Source: Acidobacteriota bacterium (lineage in GTDB: Bacteria; Acidobacteriota; UBA6911; RPQK01; JAJDTT01). Taken from it: 64,000 bases of DNA. Location of the stretch: assembly GCA_965209055.1 (NCBI GenBank), contig OZ242374.1, positions 4,032,001 to 4,096,000 on the forward strand. Reading direction: 5' to 3'. The notes under the pieces are model-generated. The model did no database searches and was not told the DNA's origin. It was given only the letters and a program-made list of their open reading frames with translations. Of this stretch, positions 45,518-56,419 are shown piece by piece (the stretch's first letter is position 1; every line of letters starts with the position of its first letter). Made by a program: the position numbers and the translations under genes.

Positions 45518-48500
45518 ATGCCTCTCAGCCGGTTTTTGCCCAGCCTTCCCCTGATTCTCGCTTTGGGGCCCGCGATTGGCGGGTCCCGACCCGAACGAGT
45601 CGATTTCAACCGCGACGTGGAGCCCATTCTCAAGAAGAACTGCCACGCGTGCCACGGGGAGCGCGTCCAGTCGGGTGGGCTGCGGCTGGATTCCCGGAAG
45701 GCGGCCTGGCAGGGCGGAGCATCGGGCCGGGCGCCCATCGTACCGGGGCGTAGCCGGGACAGTTTTCTGATCCAAGTGTTGACCGCAAGCGATTCCTCCA
45801 CGACGCGGCGGATGCCGGCCTTTGCGGATCCGCTTCCCGGAAGCGAGATCGATCTCATCCGGCGTTGGATCGACCAGGGCGCCGAATGGCTCGAGGGGAA
45901 GGAATCCCGGGATCAGAACCACTGGGCCTTCGTCCGGCCGCAGCGTCCGGCGTTGCCCTCAGGCGAACCTCGGGAATGGATCCGGAATCCCATCGACAGT
46001 TTCATTCTGGAACGGCTTGAAGCCGAGCATCTGACCCCGTCTCCGGAAGCGTCGCGGGCGACCCTGGCGCGGCGCGTTCACCTGGACCTGATCGGGTTGC
46101 CTCCCACCCTTGCGGAGCTGGACCGGTTCCTGGGAGACGGCGATCCAGGCGCCTACGAACGGATGGTGGACCGGTTGATGGCGTCGCCCCGTTTCGGCGA
46201 GCGTTGGGCCCGCGACTGGTTGGACGTGGCTCGGTATGCGGATACGAACGGATACGAGAAGGACCGGGTCCGCTCCATTTGGCCGTACCGGGACTGGGTG
46301 ATCCGCGCGCTGAACAGAGACCTGCCCTTCGACCGCTTCGTGGTGGATCAGCTGGCGGGGGACATGCTTCCCGGCCGGGGCCCGGAAGGGCGGATCGCCA
46401 CCGGATTCCACCGCAACACCATGCTCAACGAGGAGGGCGGAATCGACGTGGAGGAATTCCGGTTCGCCTCCGTGGTGGACCGGGTCAACACGACGGCGGC
46501 GGCATTTCTGGGCCTGACGCTGGCCTGCGCCCAGTGCCACGACCACAAGTACGATCCCATCACCCAGACGGAGTACTACGGGTTTCTCGCCTTTCTCAAC
46601 AACGCGGACGAACCGGAAATGAGGGTCCCGGACCGGAGGGTCGGCGAGAAACGGAAAGAGATCCAGGGCCGAATCCGCTCCCTGGAGTCTCAGCTCTCCG
46701 GGAAGTTTCCTCCGTATGGCTTCCGGAGCGTCTGGGACACGACGCCGCCTCGCGTGGTCACGTCGTCGGGAGGTGCGCACCTCACCCGGCGCCCGGACGG
46801 CTCCATCGAAGCTTCGGGTCCCAATCCGGAGCAGGAGGTCTATCGCTGGGTCGTCCGCCCGGCGACTGCGGTGGACCTGATCCGGCTCGAGGTCTTTCAT
46901 GACCCGGACGGCTCACCGCAAGGTCCCGGACGCGGGGTAAAAGGGGAGGCCGTTGTCTCCGAAATCGAGCTGCATGTGAAGGACCGAGGAGGCGGCTCGC
47001 CGCGCCGGTTGGTCCTGGGAGAACCGACGGCGACCTTGTCGCGTGAGGGGTTCGAGGTTTCCAAGGCTCTCGACGGTGATCCCGAGACGGGCTGGGGGCT
47101 GTCCAGGACTTACGGCCACCACAGGGCCGTCTTCCGCCTGGAAGAACCTCTGCGCTTGGCCTCCGGCGAGGATCTGGTCGTCACCGTGAAACAACTGGCC
47201 GGGGCCGGAAAAAACCTGGGCCGTTTCCGGATCTTTCCGGGGCAGGAGCATCGTACCCACGATCGCCCCGATCTTCCGGAACAGGAACAGCGCGGCCGTC
47301 ATATGGTGGCGAAATACGAGGCCTGGAAAAAGGAGGCTCGCCGCCTGGTTCGATCCTGGTCGATGCGCCGTCCTCTGAAACTGGTCTCGGAGAAATCGGC
47401 GACGCTCACCGTGCTCGACGATACGTCGGTTCTGGTGAGCGGAAACCATCCCAACTCGGACACGTATACGTTCGAGGTCGAACCGGGTCTGCCCACCGTC
47501 ACGGGCCTGCGGATCGAATTCCTGGGTCATGAGAGCCTGCCCGGAGGAGGACCGGGCCGCGGGACCGTCCTGGAAGAGGGCAACTTCATGCTCAGCGAGG
47601 TTACGGTCCAAGGCATTTCCGCCTCGGCGCCGGAGGGATCGACCCCATACGCTTTCCGGCGAGCCACCGCAGACTCGTTTTATCGCCATTTGCATCCGGG
47701 CATGACCCTGGACGGAGACACGCAGACCGGCTGGTCTCCCGACCGGGAACGGGGGATGCCGCAGAGCATCGTCTACGAGTTCAAGGAACCGGTCACCGTG
47801 GCCGGTGGCGAGCGGCTCAAGGTGACACTCGTCCAGAACCACATTCACACCCATACCATCGGACGTTTTCGGGTATTCCTGTCGGCCGGAAAATCCCCCC
47901 TGTCGAGTTCGGGTCTGCCGTTGCGCATCGAGTCGATCCTGTCGGCTTCGCCTGATTCCGCGACGCCCGATGACCGGGAGGCTCTCCTCCGGCACTTCCT
48001 TTCGGTGGCTCCGGAACTGCGGGAGGAGCAGCAAGAGATCCAGGCGCTCCGGAAGGCGATGCCGCGCCACCCCACGACTCTGGTCATGGCGGAGCGCGCC
48101 GGTCCGCGGACCACCCGGGTCCGTCATCGCGGGGAATTTCTCGAGCCTCGAGAGCAGGTGAGTCCGGGAGTGCCGGCGGTACTCCATCCCTGGCCGGCGG
48201 ACACGAATCGTGATCGGATCGCCTTCGCCCGCTGGTTGGTCAGCCGGGAGAATCCGCTGATGGCCCGCGTCGTCATGAATCGTCTCTGGTCCAGCTACTT
48301 CGGACGGGGACTCGTGACCACCATCAACGATTTTGGCCTTCGGGGCAGCCGCCCCTCCCATCCGGCATTGCTGGATTGGCTGGCGGACGAATTCATGTCT
48401 CAGGGTTGGAGCATGAAGGCGATGCACCGGCAGATCGTCCTGTCTTCCACCTACCGGCAATCGTCGAGATCGACGCCGGAACTGCTGGGGAAGGATCCGG

Positions 48501-49138
48501 AGAATGCCCTGTACGCACGGGGGCCCCGATTTCGGGTCAAAGCGGAAACGATTCGAGACATCGCCTTGGCTGTGGGTGGACTGTTGAGCCATAAAGTCGG
48601 AGGTCCCAGCGTGTTCCCTCTCCAGCCCGCCGGCGTGGCGGACCTGGTCTTCGGCGAGACGAAGTGGGAGGTGAGCGAGGGCGAGGACCGGTACCGGCGG
48701 GGACTGTATACGTTCTGGAAGCGGACCGTTCCCTATCCGGCCTTCACCACGTTCGACGCACCCCAGGGAGAGACTACCTGTCTCCGCAGGGAACGCTCCA
48801 ACACGCCGCTGCAGGCTCTGACGCTGCTCAACGACCCGGTGTTCGTGGAGGCGGCGCGGGGATTCGCTCTCAGGATTCTGCAAGACGCGCCGGAACCGGG
48901 ACGAATCGACTATGCTTTCCGGCGATGCCTCTCCCGGCCACCGGATCGCTTCGAGTCGGCCCAGATCCGGTCCTACTACGAGGCTCAGATGGAACGGATT
49001 CGGGCCGGTGGACTGACTCCGGCTCAAGGGTCGGAGATGGGACCCGTTCCGGTGGGCGTGAACCGGGAGGAACTGCTGGCGTGGACTGCGGTGGCACGGG
49101 TGCTGTTGAACCTCGACCGGACCATTTCCAAGGAGTAG
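45518..49138 (+). CDS. DUF1549/DUF1553 cytochrome c protein with internal F5/8-like inserts
   Basis: DFNRDVEPIL, CHACH, CAQCHDHKYDPI, HWAF, PSHPALLDWLA, NTPLQAL; two ALDGD/TLDGD..TGW inserts. Confidence 0.92.
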   Translation: MPLSRFLPSLPLILALGPAIGGSRPERVDFNRDVEPILKKNCHACHGERVQSGGLRLDSRKAAWQGGASGRAPIVPGRSRDSFLIQVLTASDSSTTRRMPAFADPLPGSEIDLIRRWIDQGAEWLEGKESRDQNHWAFVRPQRPALPSGEPREWIRNPIDSFILERLEAEHLTPSPEASRATLARRVHLDLIGLPPTLAELDRFLGDGDPGAYERMVDRLMASPRFGERWARDWLDVARYADTNGYEKDRVRSIWPYRDWVIRALNRDLPFDRFVVDQLAGDMLPGRGPEGRIATGFHRNTMLNEEGGIDVEEFRFASVVDRVNTTAAAFLGLTLACAQCHDHKYDPITQTEYYGFLAFLNNADEPEMRVPDRRVGEKRKEIQGRIRSLESQLSGKFPPYGFRSVWDTTPPRVVTSSGGAHLTRRPDGSIEASGPNPEQEVYRWVVRPATAVDLIRLEVFHDPDGSPQGPGRGVKGEAVVSEIELHVKDRGGGSPRRLVLGEPTATLSREGFEVSKALDGDPETGWGLSRTYGHHRAVFRLEEPLRLASGEDLVVTVKQLAGAGKNLGRFRIFPGQEHRTHDRPDLPEQEQRGRHMVAKYEAWKKEARRLVRSWSMRRPLKLVSEKSATLTVLDDTSVLVSGNHPNSDTYTFEVEPGLPTVTGLRIEFLGHESLPGGGPGRGTVLEEGNFMLSEVTVQGISASAPEGSTPYAFRRATADSFYRHLHPGMTLDGDTQTGWSPDRERGMPQSIVYEFKEPVTVAGGERLKVTLVQNHIHTHTIGRFRVFLSAGKSPLSSSGLPLRIESILSASPDSATPDDREALLRHFLSVAPELREEQQEIQALRKAMPRHPTTLVMAERAGPRTTRVRHRGEFLEPREQVSPGVPAVLHPWPADTNRDRIAFARWLVSRENPLMARVVMNRLWSSYFGRGLVTTINDFGLRGSRPSHPALLDWLADEFMSQGWSMKAMHRQIVLSSTYRQSSRSTPELLGKDPENALYARGPRFRVKAETIRDIALAVGGLLSHKVGGPSVFPLQPAGVADLVFGETKWEVSEGEDRYRRGLYTFWKRTVPYPAFTTFDAPQGETTCLRRERSNTPLQALTLLNDPVFVEAARGFALRILQDAPEPGRIDYAFRRCLSRPPDRFESAQIRSYYEAQMERIRAGGLTPAQGSEMGPVPVGVNREELLAWTAVARVLLNLDRTISKE

Positions 49139-49142
49139 TCGA

Positions 49143-50573
49143 GTGCGGGATCGTTGGCTGCGAAATCTGACGCGAAGGCATCTGTTCCAGGAATGCGGCA
49201 TCGGCCTGGGCAAGATTGCCCTGGCCGCCCTCTTGGCCGGGCCTCGAAGTCTGGCCTCGGGTGCGGCTCGGTCCCATCCCATGACGCCCCGGAGACCGCA
49301 CTACACGCCCCGTGTGGACCGGGTGATCTTTCTGTTCATGGCAGGGGCCCCGAGCCAGCTCGACCTCTTCGACTACAAGCCCGAGCTCCTCAAGTACGAC
49401 GGGACTTCCGTCCCTCAGGAAGTCGTGCGCGATCAGCGATACGCTTTCATTGAACGGGACGCCAACCTCATGGCCTCCCGCTTTTCCTTCAAACGTTACG
49501 GCCAGTCGGCAGCCGAGCTGTCGGAGATCATTCCCCGCATCGCCGGGATCGCCGACGACCTGGTCTTCATCAAATCCATGACCACCGACGTCTTCAATCA
49601 CGCCCCCGCCCAGATTTTCATGAACACGGGCACTTCACAGCTTGGACATCCCAGCCTGGGTTCGTGGGTCACCTACGGGCTGGGAAGCGAAGCGGAGGAT
49701 CTCCCCGGATTCGTGGTCCTGAGCACGGGGAACGGGACCAGTGGCGGACAGGCCAACTGGAGCTGTGGATTTCTGCCCACGGTGTTTCAGGGCGTGCCCT
49801 TCCGATCCCAGGGTGATCCGGTTCTCAACGTGAGCAATCCACCCGGAATCGACGATCGGCTCCAGCGGGACACTCTGGACCTGCTGCGAAATCTCAACCG
49901 CCACCATGCCGGCATCATCGGCGATCCGGAGATCTCCACCCGCATCAACTCTTACGAATTGGCCTACCGGATGCAGAGCAGCGCCCCCGAACTCATGGAC
50001 CTGTCGCAGGAGAGTCCGGCGACGCTGGAAATGTACGGGGCGAACCCGGGAGAGCCGTCGTTCGCTGGAAACTGCCTGCTGGCACGGCGGCTGGTGGAGC
50101 GTGGAGTCCGTTTCGTCAATGTGTATCATTCCGGCTGGGATCACCATTCGGATGTCAAAGGCGGTCTCATCAAGCAGTGCGGTCTCACGGATCAGGCCTC
50201 GGCAGCCCTGGTCCGTGACCTGAAGCAACGTGGGTTGCTGGAGCGGACGCTGGTGATCTGGGGAGGGGAATTCGGACGGACCCCCATGGTGGAAAGCAAC
50301 GTGGCCCTGGGCCGGAAGATGGGCCGGGATCACCATCCCCAGGCCTTCACCATGTGGATGGCCGGAGGAGGACTCAAGGTCGGCCAGACCATCGGCCGCA
50401 CCGATGATCTGGGATTCCACATCGTGGAGAATTCCATCCATGTCCACGACCTTCAGGCCACGATCCTGCATCTCCTGGGGTTCGACCATACGCGTCTGAC
50501 CTTCCGCTTCAAGGGACGGGACTTTCGCTTGACCGACGTGGGAGGGAGAGTCATCCAAGAAATCCTGGCGTGA
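49143..50573 (+). CDS. DUF1501 domain protein
   Basis: TRRHLF, MAGAPSQLDLFDYKP, ARRLVERGVRFV, WDHH, GEFGRTP, GRDHH. Confidence 0.93.
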   Translation: MRDRWLRNLTRRHLFQECGIGLGKIALAALLAGPRSLASGAARSHPMTPRRPHYTPRVDRVIFLFMAGAPSQLDLFDYKPELLKYDGTSVPQEVVRDQRYAFIERDANLMASRFSFKRYGQSAAELSEIIPRIAGIADDLVFIKSMTTDVFNHAPAQIFMNTGTSQLGHPSLGSWVTYGLGSEAEDLPGFVVLSTGNGTSGGQANWSCGFLPTVFQGVPFRSQGDPVLNVSNPPGIDDRLQRDTLDLLRNLNRHHAGIIGDPEISTRINSYELAYRMQSSAPELMDLSQESPATLEMYGANPGEPSFAGNCLLARRLVERGVRFVNVYHSGWDHHSDVKGGLIKQCGLTDQASAALVRDLKQRGLLERTLVIWGGEFGRTPMVESNVALGRKMGRDHHPQAFTMWMAGGGLKVGQTIGRTDDLGFHIVENSIHVHDLQATILHLLGFDHTRLTFRFKGRDFRLTDVGGRVIQEILA

Positions 50574-51919
50574 GGTCCGTCGTTCTGTCAGCTATGCCCC
50601 GAACCACCCTGGCGATCTTTTTTCTGCTCCTTTCCGTTGCGTGGGGCGAGGACCGGAAATCGGGAGAGGCGGACCGCTACTGGCCTCAATGGAGGGGGCC
50701 TTTGGGGACCGGAGTCGGGCCTGAAGCCGATCCGCCGGTCGACTGGAGCGAATCCCGGAACCTCCTCTGGAAGAAGGAACTTCCGGGACTCGGTCACTCG
50801 ACGCCCATCGTCTGGGGGAACCGGATCTATGTGACGGCCGCCATTCCCGTGGGAGAGGCGCTTGGCCCCATCTACGATGACGCGCCCGGTTCCCACGGAA
50901 ACCTTCCCGTGACCCACCGCCAAGCCTTCACGGTTCTGGCTCTGGACCGGGGCAGCGGAGAAGTGGTTTGGAAACGGACCGTGCGCACGAGCCTGCCCCA
51001 CGAGGGAGGGCACTACACTGCGAGTCTGGCCTCCGCCTCACCGCTCACCGACGGTCAGCGGGTGCTGGCGTACTTCGGTTCCCAGGGGATCTACTGTCTG
51101 AGCCCGGACGGCGAGGTGCAGTGGAAGAAGCAACTGGGTGTGATGAGGACCAGACACGGCCATGGGGAAGGGAGCTCTCCGGTCCTGTACGGAACAACGT
51201 TGGTCGTCAACTGGGACCATGAAGGCCAATCGTTCGTCGTCGCCCTGGACAAGCGGACCGGAAAAGAACGCTGGAAGATCCCCCGTAACGAGGTGACCTC
51301 GTGGGCGACCCCCATTGCCGTCGAGCAGGACGGCGTGGTTCAGGTCATCGTCGCCGGCACCAGCCGGGTTCGCGGATACGATTTGGAAACGGGCAAGGTG
51401 ATCTGGGAGTGCGGCGGTTTGGCATCCAATATCGTGGCCTCTCCCGTGGCGGGCGACGGAATGGCCTTCGTGGGGAGCAGCTACGAGAAACGTGTCCTGC
51501 TGGCGATTCGCCTGGACGGCGCGCGGGGAGACGTTACGGGAACGGACCGGGTGGCCTGGACTCGGCAACGGACCACACCGTACGTTCCCTCACCCTTGCT
51601 GTATGACGGCACCCTGTATTTCCTGGCGCACTACCAGAGCGTGTTGACACGGGTCGAAGCCCGGACCGGGCAGGATCGGCCCGGTCCCATGCGCCTGGGC
51701 GGGATCGACAACGTTTACGCTTCACCGGTGGCCGCTTCAGGACGGGTTTACGTCACGGACCTGAAGGGGACGACCCTGGTTCTGAGTCATGAGGAGACGC
51801 CCCGTGCCCTGGCGGTCAATCAGTTGGAGGACCGCTTCAACGCCTCGGCGGCACTGGTTGGCCGCCAGCTCTTTCTGCGGGGCGAAAAAAACCTTTACGC
51901 CATCGGTCCTGCGCCTTGA
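50570..51919 (+). CDS. PQQ-binding-like beta-propeller protein
   Basis: YWPQWRGP, GHSTPIVWG, GSSPV, SWATP, PSPL, ASPV. Confidence 0.88.
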   Translation: MRSVVLSAMPRTTLAIFFLLLSVAWGEDRKSGEADRYWPQWRGPLGTGVGPEADPPVDWSESRNLLWKKELPGLGHSTPIVWGNRIYVTAAIPVGEALGPIYDDAPGSHGNLPVTHRQAFTVLALDRGSGEVVWKRTVRTSLPHEGGHYTASLASASPLTDGQRVLAYFGSQGIYCLSPDGEVQWKKQLGVMRTRHGHGEGSSPVLYGTTLVVNWDHEGQSFVVALDKRTGKERWKIPRNEVTSWATPIAVEQDGVVQVIVAGTSRVRGYDLETGKVIWECGGLASNIVASPVAGDGMAFVGSSYEKRVLLAIRLDGARGDVTGTDRVAWTRQRTTPYVPSPLLYDGTLYFLAHYQSVLTRVEARTGQDRPGPMRLGGIDNVYASPVAASGRVYVTDLKGTTLVLSHEETPRALAVNQLEDRFNASAALVGRQLFLRGEKNLYAIGPAP

Positions 51920-52000
51920 TCTCCTGTCGGAGTATTGGCGGTCCGCCGTGAACTTCGGCTACACTGACGGCGGCAATAGTCTCCAATCATCCAAAGCATC

Positions 52001-53275
52001 GTGAAGCCGTTTCGCTTCGTACACTCTGCCGACCTGCATCTGGACAGTCCTTTCACCGGGTTGAAATCCAGCGTTCCGGAGCATGTCGCCAAGAGCCTTC
52101 GGCAAGCGACATTCGACGCCTACGAAAACATCGTCGATCTCTGCATCACCGAAGGAGTTGACGCACTTCTCATTGCGGGGGACGTCTACGACGGAGCCGA
52201 CCGCAGCCTACGCGCTCAGCGCCGGTTCATCGAAGGGCTCGACCGGCTCCACCAAAACGGGATTCGTTCCTTCGTCTGCCATGGCAACCACGATCCCCTG
52301 GACGGATGGGAGGCTCGGCTCCGGTACCCGCCGAGCTGTCATCGATTCGGCTCCAAATTCCAGGCGGTGGAGGTCTTCGAGAATGAGCCGGGACGCGCCG
52401 TGGTGCACGGAGTGAGTTATCCGACCCGCAACGTCAAGAGGAACCTGGTCCGACGGATGGACCGGGTCGATCCCCTGTTTTTCAACGTCGGCCTGCTGCA
52501 CGCGAACGTGGACAACGACGCGAACCATTTGGCCTACGCCCCCTGCGCTCTGAGCGACCTGGCCGACACGGGGGTCGACTATTGGGCTCTGGGACATGTC
52601 CACACCCGGCGCGTGCTGAATGCGCAGAGCCCGACCGTGGTCTACCCGGGGAATCCACAGGGCCGGCACCTGAATGAGACGGGGGCCCGCGGAGTGTACC
52701 TGGTGACGGTGGACGAATCGGGCCGGATCGAGCTCGAATTCCGTCCCGTGGATACCGTCCGCTGGGAGCGGCTGCATGTCGATATCGCCGAGGCCGAGAC
52801 GGAGCAGAATCTGCTGGATGATCTGCACCGGCGTGTCGGGGAAGCTCTCGAGCAGGGAGAGGGCCGTTCGCTGGTGTTGCGGATGACGCTGAGCGGCCGT
52901 GGAGGCCTGCACCGCTTCCTCCGCCAACCCGGATCCATCGACGACTTGACGGACGAATTGAATCGCGCGTCCGCCGATTTGCACCCCTTCGCCTGGTGCG
53001 AGCGAATCGAGGACCGGACGGCGGGGCCGTTTGATCGGGAGGAGAGGCTTCAGGGCTCCGATTTCGTGGCGGATCTGCTCCGTCTCTGCGACCAGGCCAA
53101 GAAGGATCCCGAGTTGCTGGGGAAGTTGAGGGAGAGCCTCTCGGAACTCTTTCACCATTGGAAGTACCGGCGTTACCTCAAGGATGCCGTTCCGGACGAT
53201 CCCGCTCTCTCCGGCCTGTTGGACGAGGCCGAGTCCATGGCCTTGAATCTGCTGGTCGAGGACGACGTGCCGTGA
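52001..53275 (+). CDS. Mre11/SbcD-like metallophosphoesterase (YhaO-like)
   Basis: HSADLHLD, IAGDVYD, GNHD, LH, ALGHVH, YPGNPQGR. Confidence 0.92.
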   Translation: MKPFRFVHSADLHLDSPFTGLKSSVPEHVAKSLRQATFDAYENIVDLCITEGVDALLIAGDVYDGADRSLRAQRRFIEGLDRLHQNGIRSFVCHGNHDPLDGWEARLRYPPSCHRFGSKFQAVEVFENEPGRAVVHGVSYPTRNVKRNLVRRMDRVDPLFFNVGLLHANVDNDANHLAYAPCALSDLADTGVDYWALGHVHTRRVLNAQSPTVVYPGNPQGRHLNETGARGVYLVTVDESGRIELEFRPVDTVRWERLHVDIAEAETEQNLLDDLHRRVGEALEQGEGRSLVLRMTLSGRGGLHRFLRQPGSIDDLTDELNRASADLHPFAWCERIEDRTAGPFDREERLQGSDFVADLLRLCDQAKKDPELLGKLRESLSELFHHWKYRRYLKDAVPDDPALSGLLDEAESMALNLLVEDDVP

Positions 53276-56200
53276 GGATTCAGGGGTTCCGGATCGACGG
53301 CTTCGGGCGATTTGCCGATCACTCCGTGGGGCCGTTGGACAATCCGCTCACGCTGATCTACGGCCCCAACGAAGCGGGTAAGAGCACCTACCTGGCGTTC
53401 ATCCGCACCATTCTCTTCGGATTCCCCCGGCGGCTCGGACACCGCCACTATCCGCCGTTGTCCGGGGGCCGTCACGGCGGAAGTATCGACCTGGTCGGAG
53501 GCGACGGCGGACGCTACGTGGTCCATCGCGTTCAGGGCCGGGGCGCCGGTCCCGTGACGGTCACTGGCGGGAACGGAGAAGTCCTCGACAAGGGAGTCCT
53601 GGCCCAGTTGTTGGGACACCATAGCCGCGACGTCTTCGAAAGTGTCTTTGCCTTCACCCTCGAAGATCTCCACAGCGGCGACCTATTGGGAAAATCCAGC
53701 GTGAACAGCCAGATCTACAGCGCCGGCATGGGAGTCACCAAGCTTCCCCAGGCCGTGAAAAAACTCCAGGCGGAGCGTGCAACGCTGTTCCTCAAAGGGG
53801 GCAGCGTCAACCGGATTGCCCGGACCGCCAGAGAGTTGGATGAAGTCGAGACGAGACTTCGAGACGTCGCCAACAATGCCGTCGAGTTCGGACGCCTCAC
53901 CACCCGTCTCCAGGAGGTCGAGTCAAGACTCTCGGACCTGAAGCGGGTCCGGCGCCAGGGCCAGAGCCGTCTCGATCATCGGCGCCAATTGCAGGATGCC
54001 TGGGAGGATTGGAACGACCTGATCGGCGTCGATCGGCAATTGGTCGAACTTCCGGTCATCGAGGATTTTCCGGTCGACGGGATACGCCGCCTGGAAGCCC
54101 TGGAGGAGCGTTTGAGGGGCGCCAGGCGGGAATACGATTCCGCCCGAACCGGCGTCGAGGAAGCCAGAGCAAAGACGACGGTCCGGATCGAGCATGCCGC
54201 CATCGTTGACAGCGCGGTAGAAATCAGGAACCTGGCACGGCTCCGAGGGGCGTTCGACAAATCGGTGCGCGACCTTCCAAAGCGTCAGGCGGAACTTGAG
54301 AACTACCGGAACGATCTGCTCAAGACCCTTCAGGAGTTGGGACCGGACTGGGACGAACAGCGGCTGGAACACTTCGACCTGTCGCTCGCCGTCCGTGAGG
54401 AGATATCCGAGCACGAAGAACGGCTGCGGCGGGCACGGGAAGGGCTGAGGCGAAGTGAATCGTCCCATGAGCAGGCGGAAGGGCTGCTGAAGGAGGCGTC
54501 CCAATCGGTCGATAGAGCGAAAAAGGAGTTGGAAGCGGACCCCAGGCCGGAGTACGACGCCGACGGGGTCAGGAGGCGCCGATCCGAGGTCCGCAGGGCC
54601 AGGGCGCAGTTGAACCGGTATGAGCGTGAGGTGCAGCGGGCTTCGGACCTGAAGCGGCAACTGGATGGCGTTTATCGAGCGGGTTCACCGGCAGCCGGGA
54701 ACGCCATGATGTGGCTCGCGGTGCTCTGCGCGGCTATTGGCATCGTCCTGGCCGTGGCGGGAGTCATGGGGGGCGGGGCGATTCTGGCCATGGGCGTGGT
54801 CACGAGCCTGATCCTGATCGCCTTGGCCGTCTACTTCCTTGTCCGGAACCGCGCCGGCGCAGGGACGGCGGAATCGCCGATTGCGGATCCGATCCGGCGT
54901 TCGCTGGAAGATGCCCGCCGCCGGCACTTGGACATGCGGGCCGGGCTGGGTAAGACCGCCCTCGAGATGGGGCTCAAGGAGATCAATGAGTCCGTCCTCA
55001 CCGATGCCGAGGAGTCCTTGGATGCAGAGAACCTGCGACTCGCACAACGGGAACGGTTGCGTCAGGCCTTGAAGCGGGCGAAGGAGTCCATGCGGGAGCG
55101 AGCTGCCAGGAAGGACGAAGCGGGAGAGAACGTGGCCCGGGCGCGGGCGCGGGTCGACGCTGCGAGAAAGGACTGGCGCGCCTGGCTTGAAGAGCGCAGT
55201 TTGCACACGACCTTCACGCCGGAAGCCATGGGCGAGCTCCGAGGACAGATCGAGTTGGGGAGAAACCGATTCGCCGAGGTTCGAAACTGGCGCCAGCGCA
55301 TCGCGGGCATTCGCGAGGATATCGATTCCTACGCGGCGATGGTGGGGCCGCTGGCTTCCTCTTTCGATGTCGATTTCGATCCTGGCGACGCCCATGCGGT
55401 CGGCAGGACGGCTGACGCCTTGATCGACCTTGACGAACGGGTCCGCCGGAAGTTGCAGGATCGGGCCAACGCGACCACGGAGTTGCACACGGCGGAGTCG
55501 GAGCTGAAAGAGCGGGAAAAACGGCTCGCTGCCGCGGAATCCGAGTTGAGGCGGCTTCTTGGGTCCGGCGGCGCCACGGATGCCGAACACTTTCGGAAGC
55601 GCGCCGAGCGCTTCCGGCAGCGCGCCGAGCTGGACGAGCGGAGGCGAGAGGTTCTGAGCCGGCTCCAGCGCATCAGCGGCCCCGGAGAACTCCTGGACTC
55701 GCTGATGCAAAGACTCGAAAATATCGACCTTCAGTCGATCCTGGCCCGGATCAACCAGGTCCGGGATGAACTCGACGAAGCCGACAAGGAAATCCAGTCC
55801 CTGTCCACCGAGCGTGGCGGCATCCGCAGCGATCTGGATCGGCTCATCGGAGAGGAACAGTCCTCAGGATGGCGGATGGAACGCCACCTGCTCCTGGAAC
55901 AGATCCGGGGCCATGCCCGGGAATGGGTCATTCGAACGCTGGTCCAACAACTTTTGGAATCGGCGCAGAGCAAGTTCGAGAAGGAGCGGCAGCCCGGCGT
56001 CGTCCGGCATGCGGAGAGATTCTTCGATCGCATCACCGGGAGCCGGTACCCTCAGGTCTACGCTCCCCTGGGCGAAAGGACCATCATCGTCACCGAAGGC
56101 GCGGGTCACCGCAAATCGCCGGACGAGTTGAGCCGGGGCACGCGGGAGCAGTTGTTCCTGTCGTTGCGTTTCGGATTGATCCGGGAACTGGGCCTGCGGA

Positions 56201-56394
56201 CGGAGCCGTTGCCTGTCGTCGTGGACGAAGTTCTGGTGAACTTCGATCCCGACCGTGCCCTGCGGGCGGCCCGGGCCTTTGTGGAGTTGTCGCGGACCAA
56301 CCAGATCCTGGTCTTCACCTGTCACCCCGCAGTCGTTGAATTGTTCCAAGAGGCGGCCGGGGAGAAAAGCCCGGATCTCATCCGGATTGGTTAA
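53272..56394 (+). CDS. Rad50/SbcC-like AAA ATPase (YhaN-like)
   Basis: IDGFGRF, Walker A GPNEAGKST, long coiled coil with central TM pair, LSRGTREQL signature, VVDEVLVNFD, FTCH. Confidence 0.92.
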   Translation: MRIQGFRIDGFGRFADHSVGPLDNPLTLIYGPNEAGKSTYLAFIRTILFGFPRRLGHRHYPPLSGGRHGGSIDLVGGDGGRYVVHRVQGRGAGPVTVTGGNGEVLDKGVLAQLLGHHSRDVFESVFAFTLEDLHSGDLLGKSSVNSQIYSAGMGVTKLPQAVKKLQAERATLFLKGGSVNRIARTARELDEVETRLRDVANNAVEFGRLTTRLQEVESRLSDLKRVRRQGQSRLDHRRQLQDAWEDWNDLIGVDRQLVELPVIEDFPVDGIRRLEALEERLRGARREYDSARTGVEEARAKTTVRIEHAAIVDSAVEIRNLARLRGAFDKSVRDLPKRQAELENYRNDLLKTLQELGPDWDEQRLEHFDLSLAVREEISEHEERLRRAREGLRRSESSHEQAEGLLKEASQSVDRAKKELEADPRPEYDADGVRRRRSEVRRARAQLNRYEREVQRASDLKRQLDGVYRAGSPAAGNAMMWLAVLCAAIGIVLAVAGVMGGGAILAMGVVTSLILIALAVYFLVRNRAGAGTAESPIADPIRRSLEDARRRHLDMRAGLGKTALEMGLKEINESVLTDAEESLDAENLRLAQRERLRQALKRAKESMRERAARKDEAGENVARARARVDAARKDWRAWLEERSLHTTFTPEAMGELRGQIELGRNRFAEVRNWRQRIAGIREDIDSYAAMVGPLASSFDVDFDPGDAHAVGRTADALIDLDERVRRKLQDRANATTELHTAESELKEREKRLAAAESELRRLLGSGGATDAEHFRKRAERFRQRAELDERRREVLSRLQRISGPGELLDSLMQRLENIDLQSILARINQVRDELDEADKEIQSLSTERGGIRSDLDRLIGEEQSSGWRMERHLLLEQIRGHAREWVIRTLVQQLLESAQSKFEKERQPGVVRHAERFFDRITGSRYPQVYAPLGERTIIVTEGAGHRKSPDELSRGTREQLFLSLRFGLIRELGLRTEPLPVVVDEVLVNFDPDRALRAARAFVELSRTNQILVFTCHPAVVELFQEAAGEKSPDLIRIG

Positions 56395-56395
56395 C

Positions 56396-56419
56396 TTGTT
56401 GACAATCGGTGTCCACAAC
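56396..56419. promoter_or_regulatory. TTGACA -35 element overlapping GntR-like TGT-N2-ACAA boxes
   Basis: TTGTTGACAA (56396-56405) followed by a second TGTCCACAA copy. Confidence 0.4.

Noticed and set aside
52001-56394. SMC/nuclease pair as a novel defence system
   Set aside because: Matches the widespread YhaO/YhaN architecture, including the central TM pair; composition looks host-like
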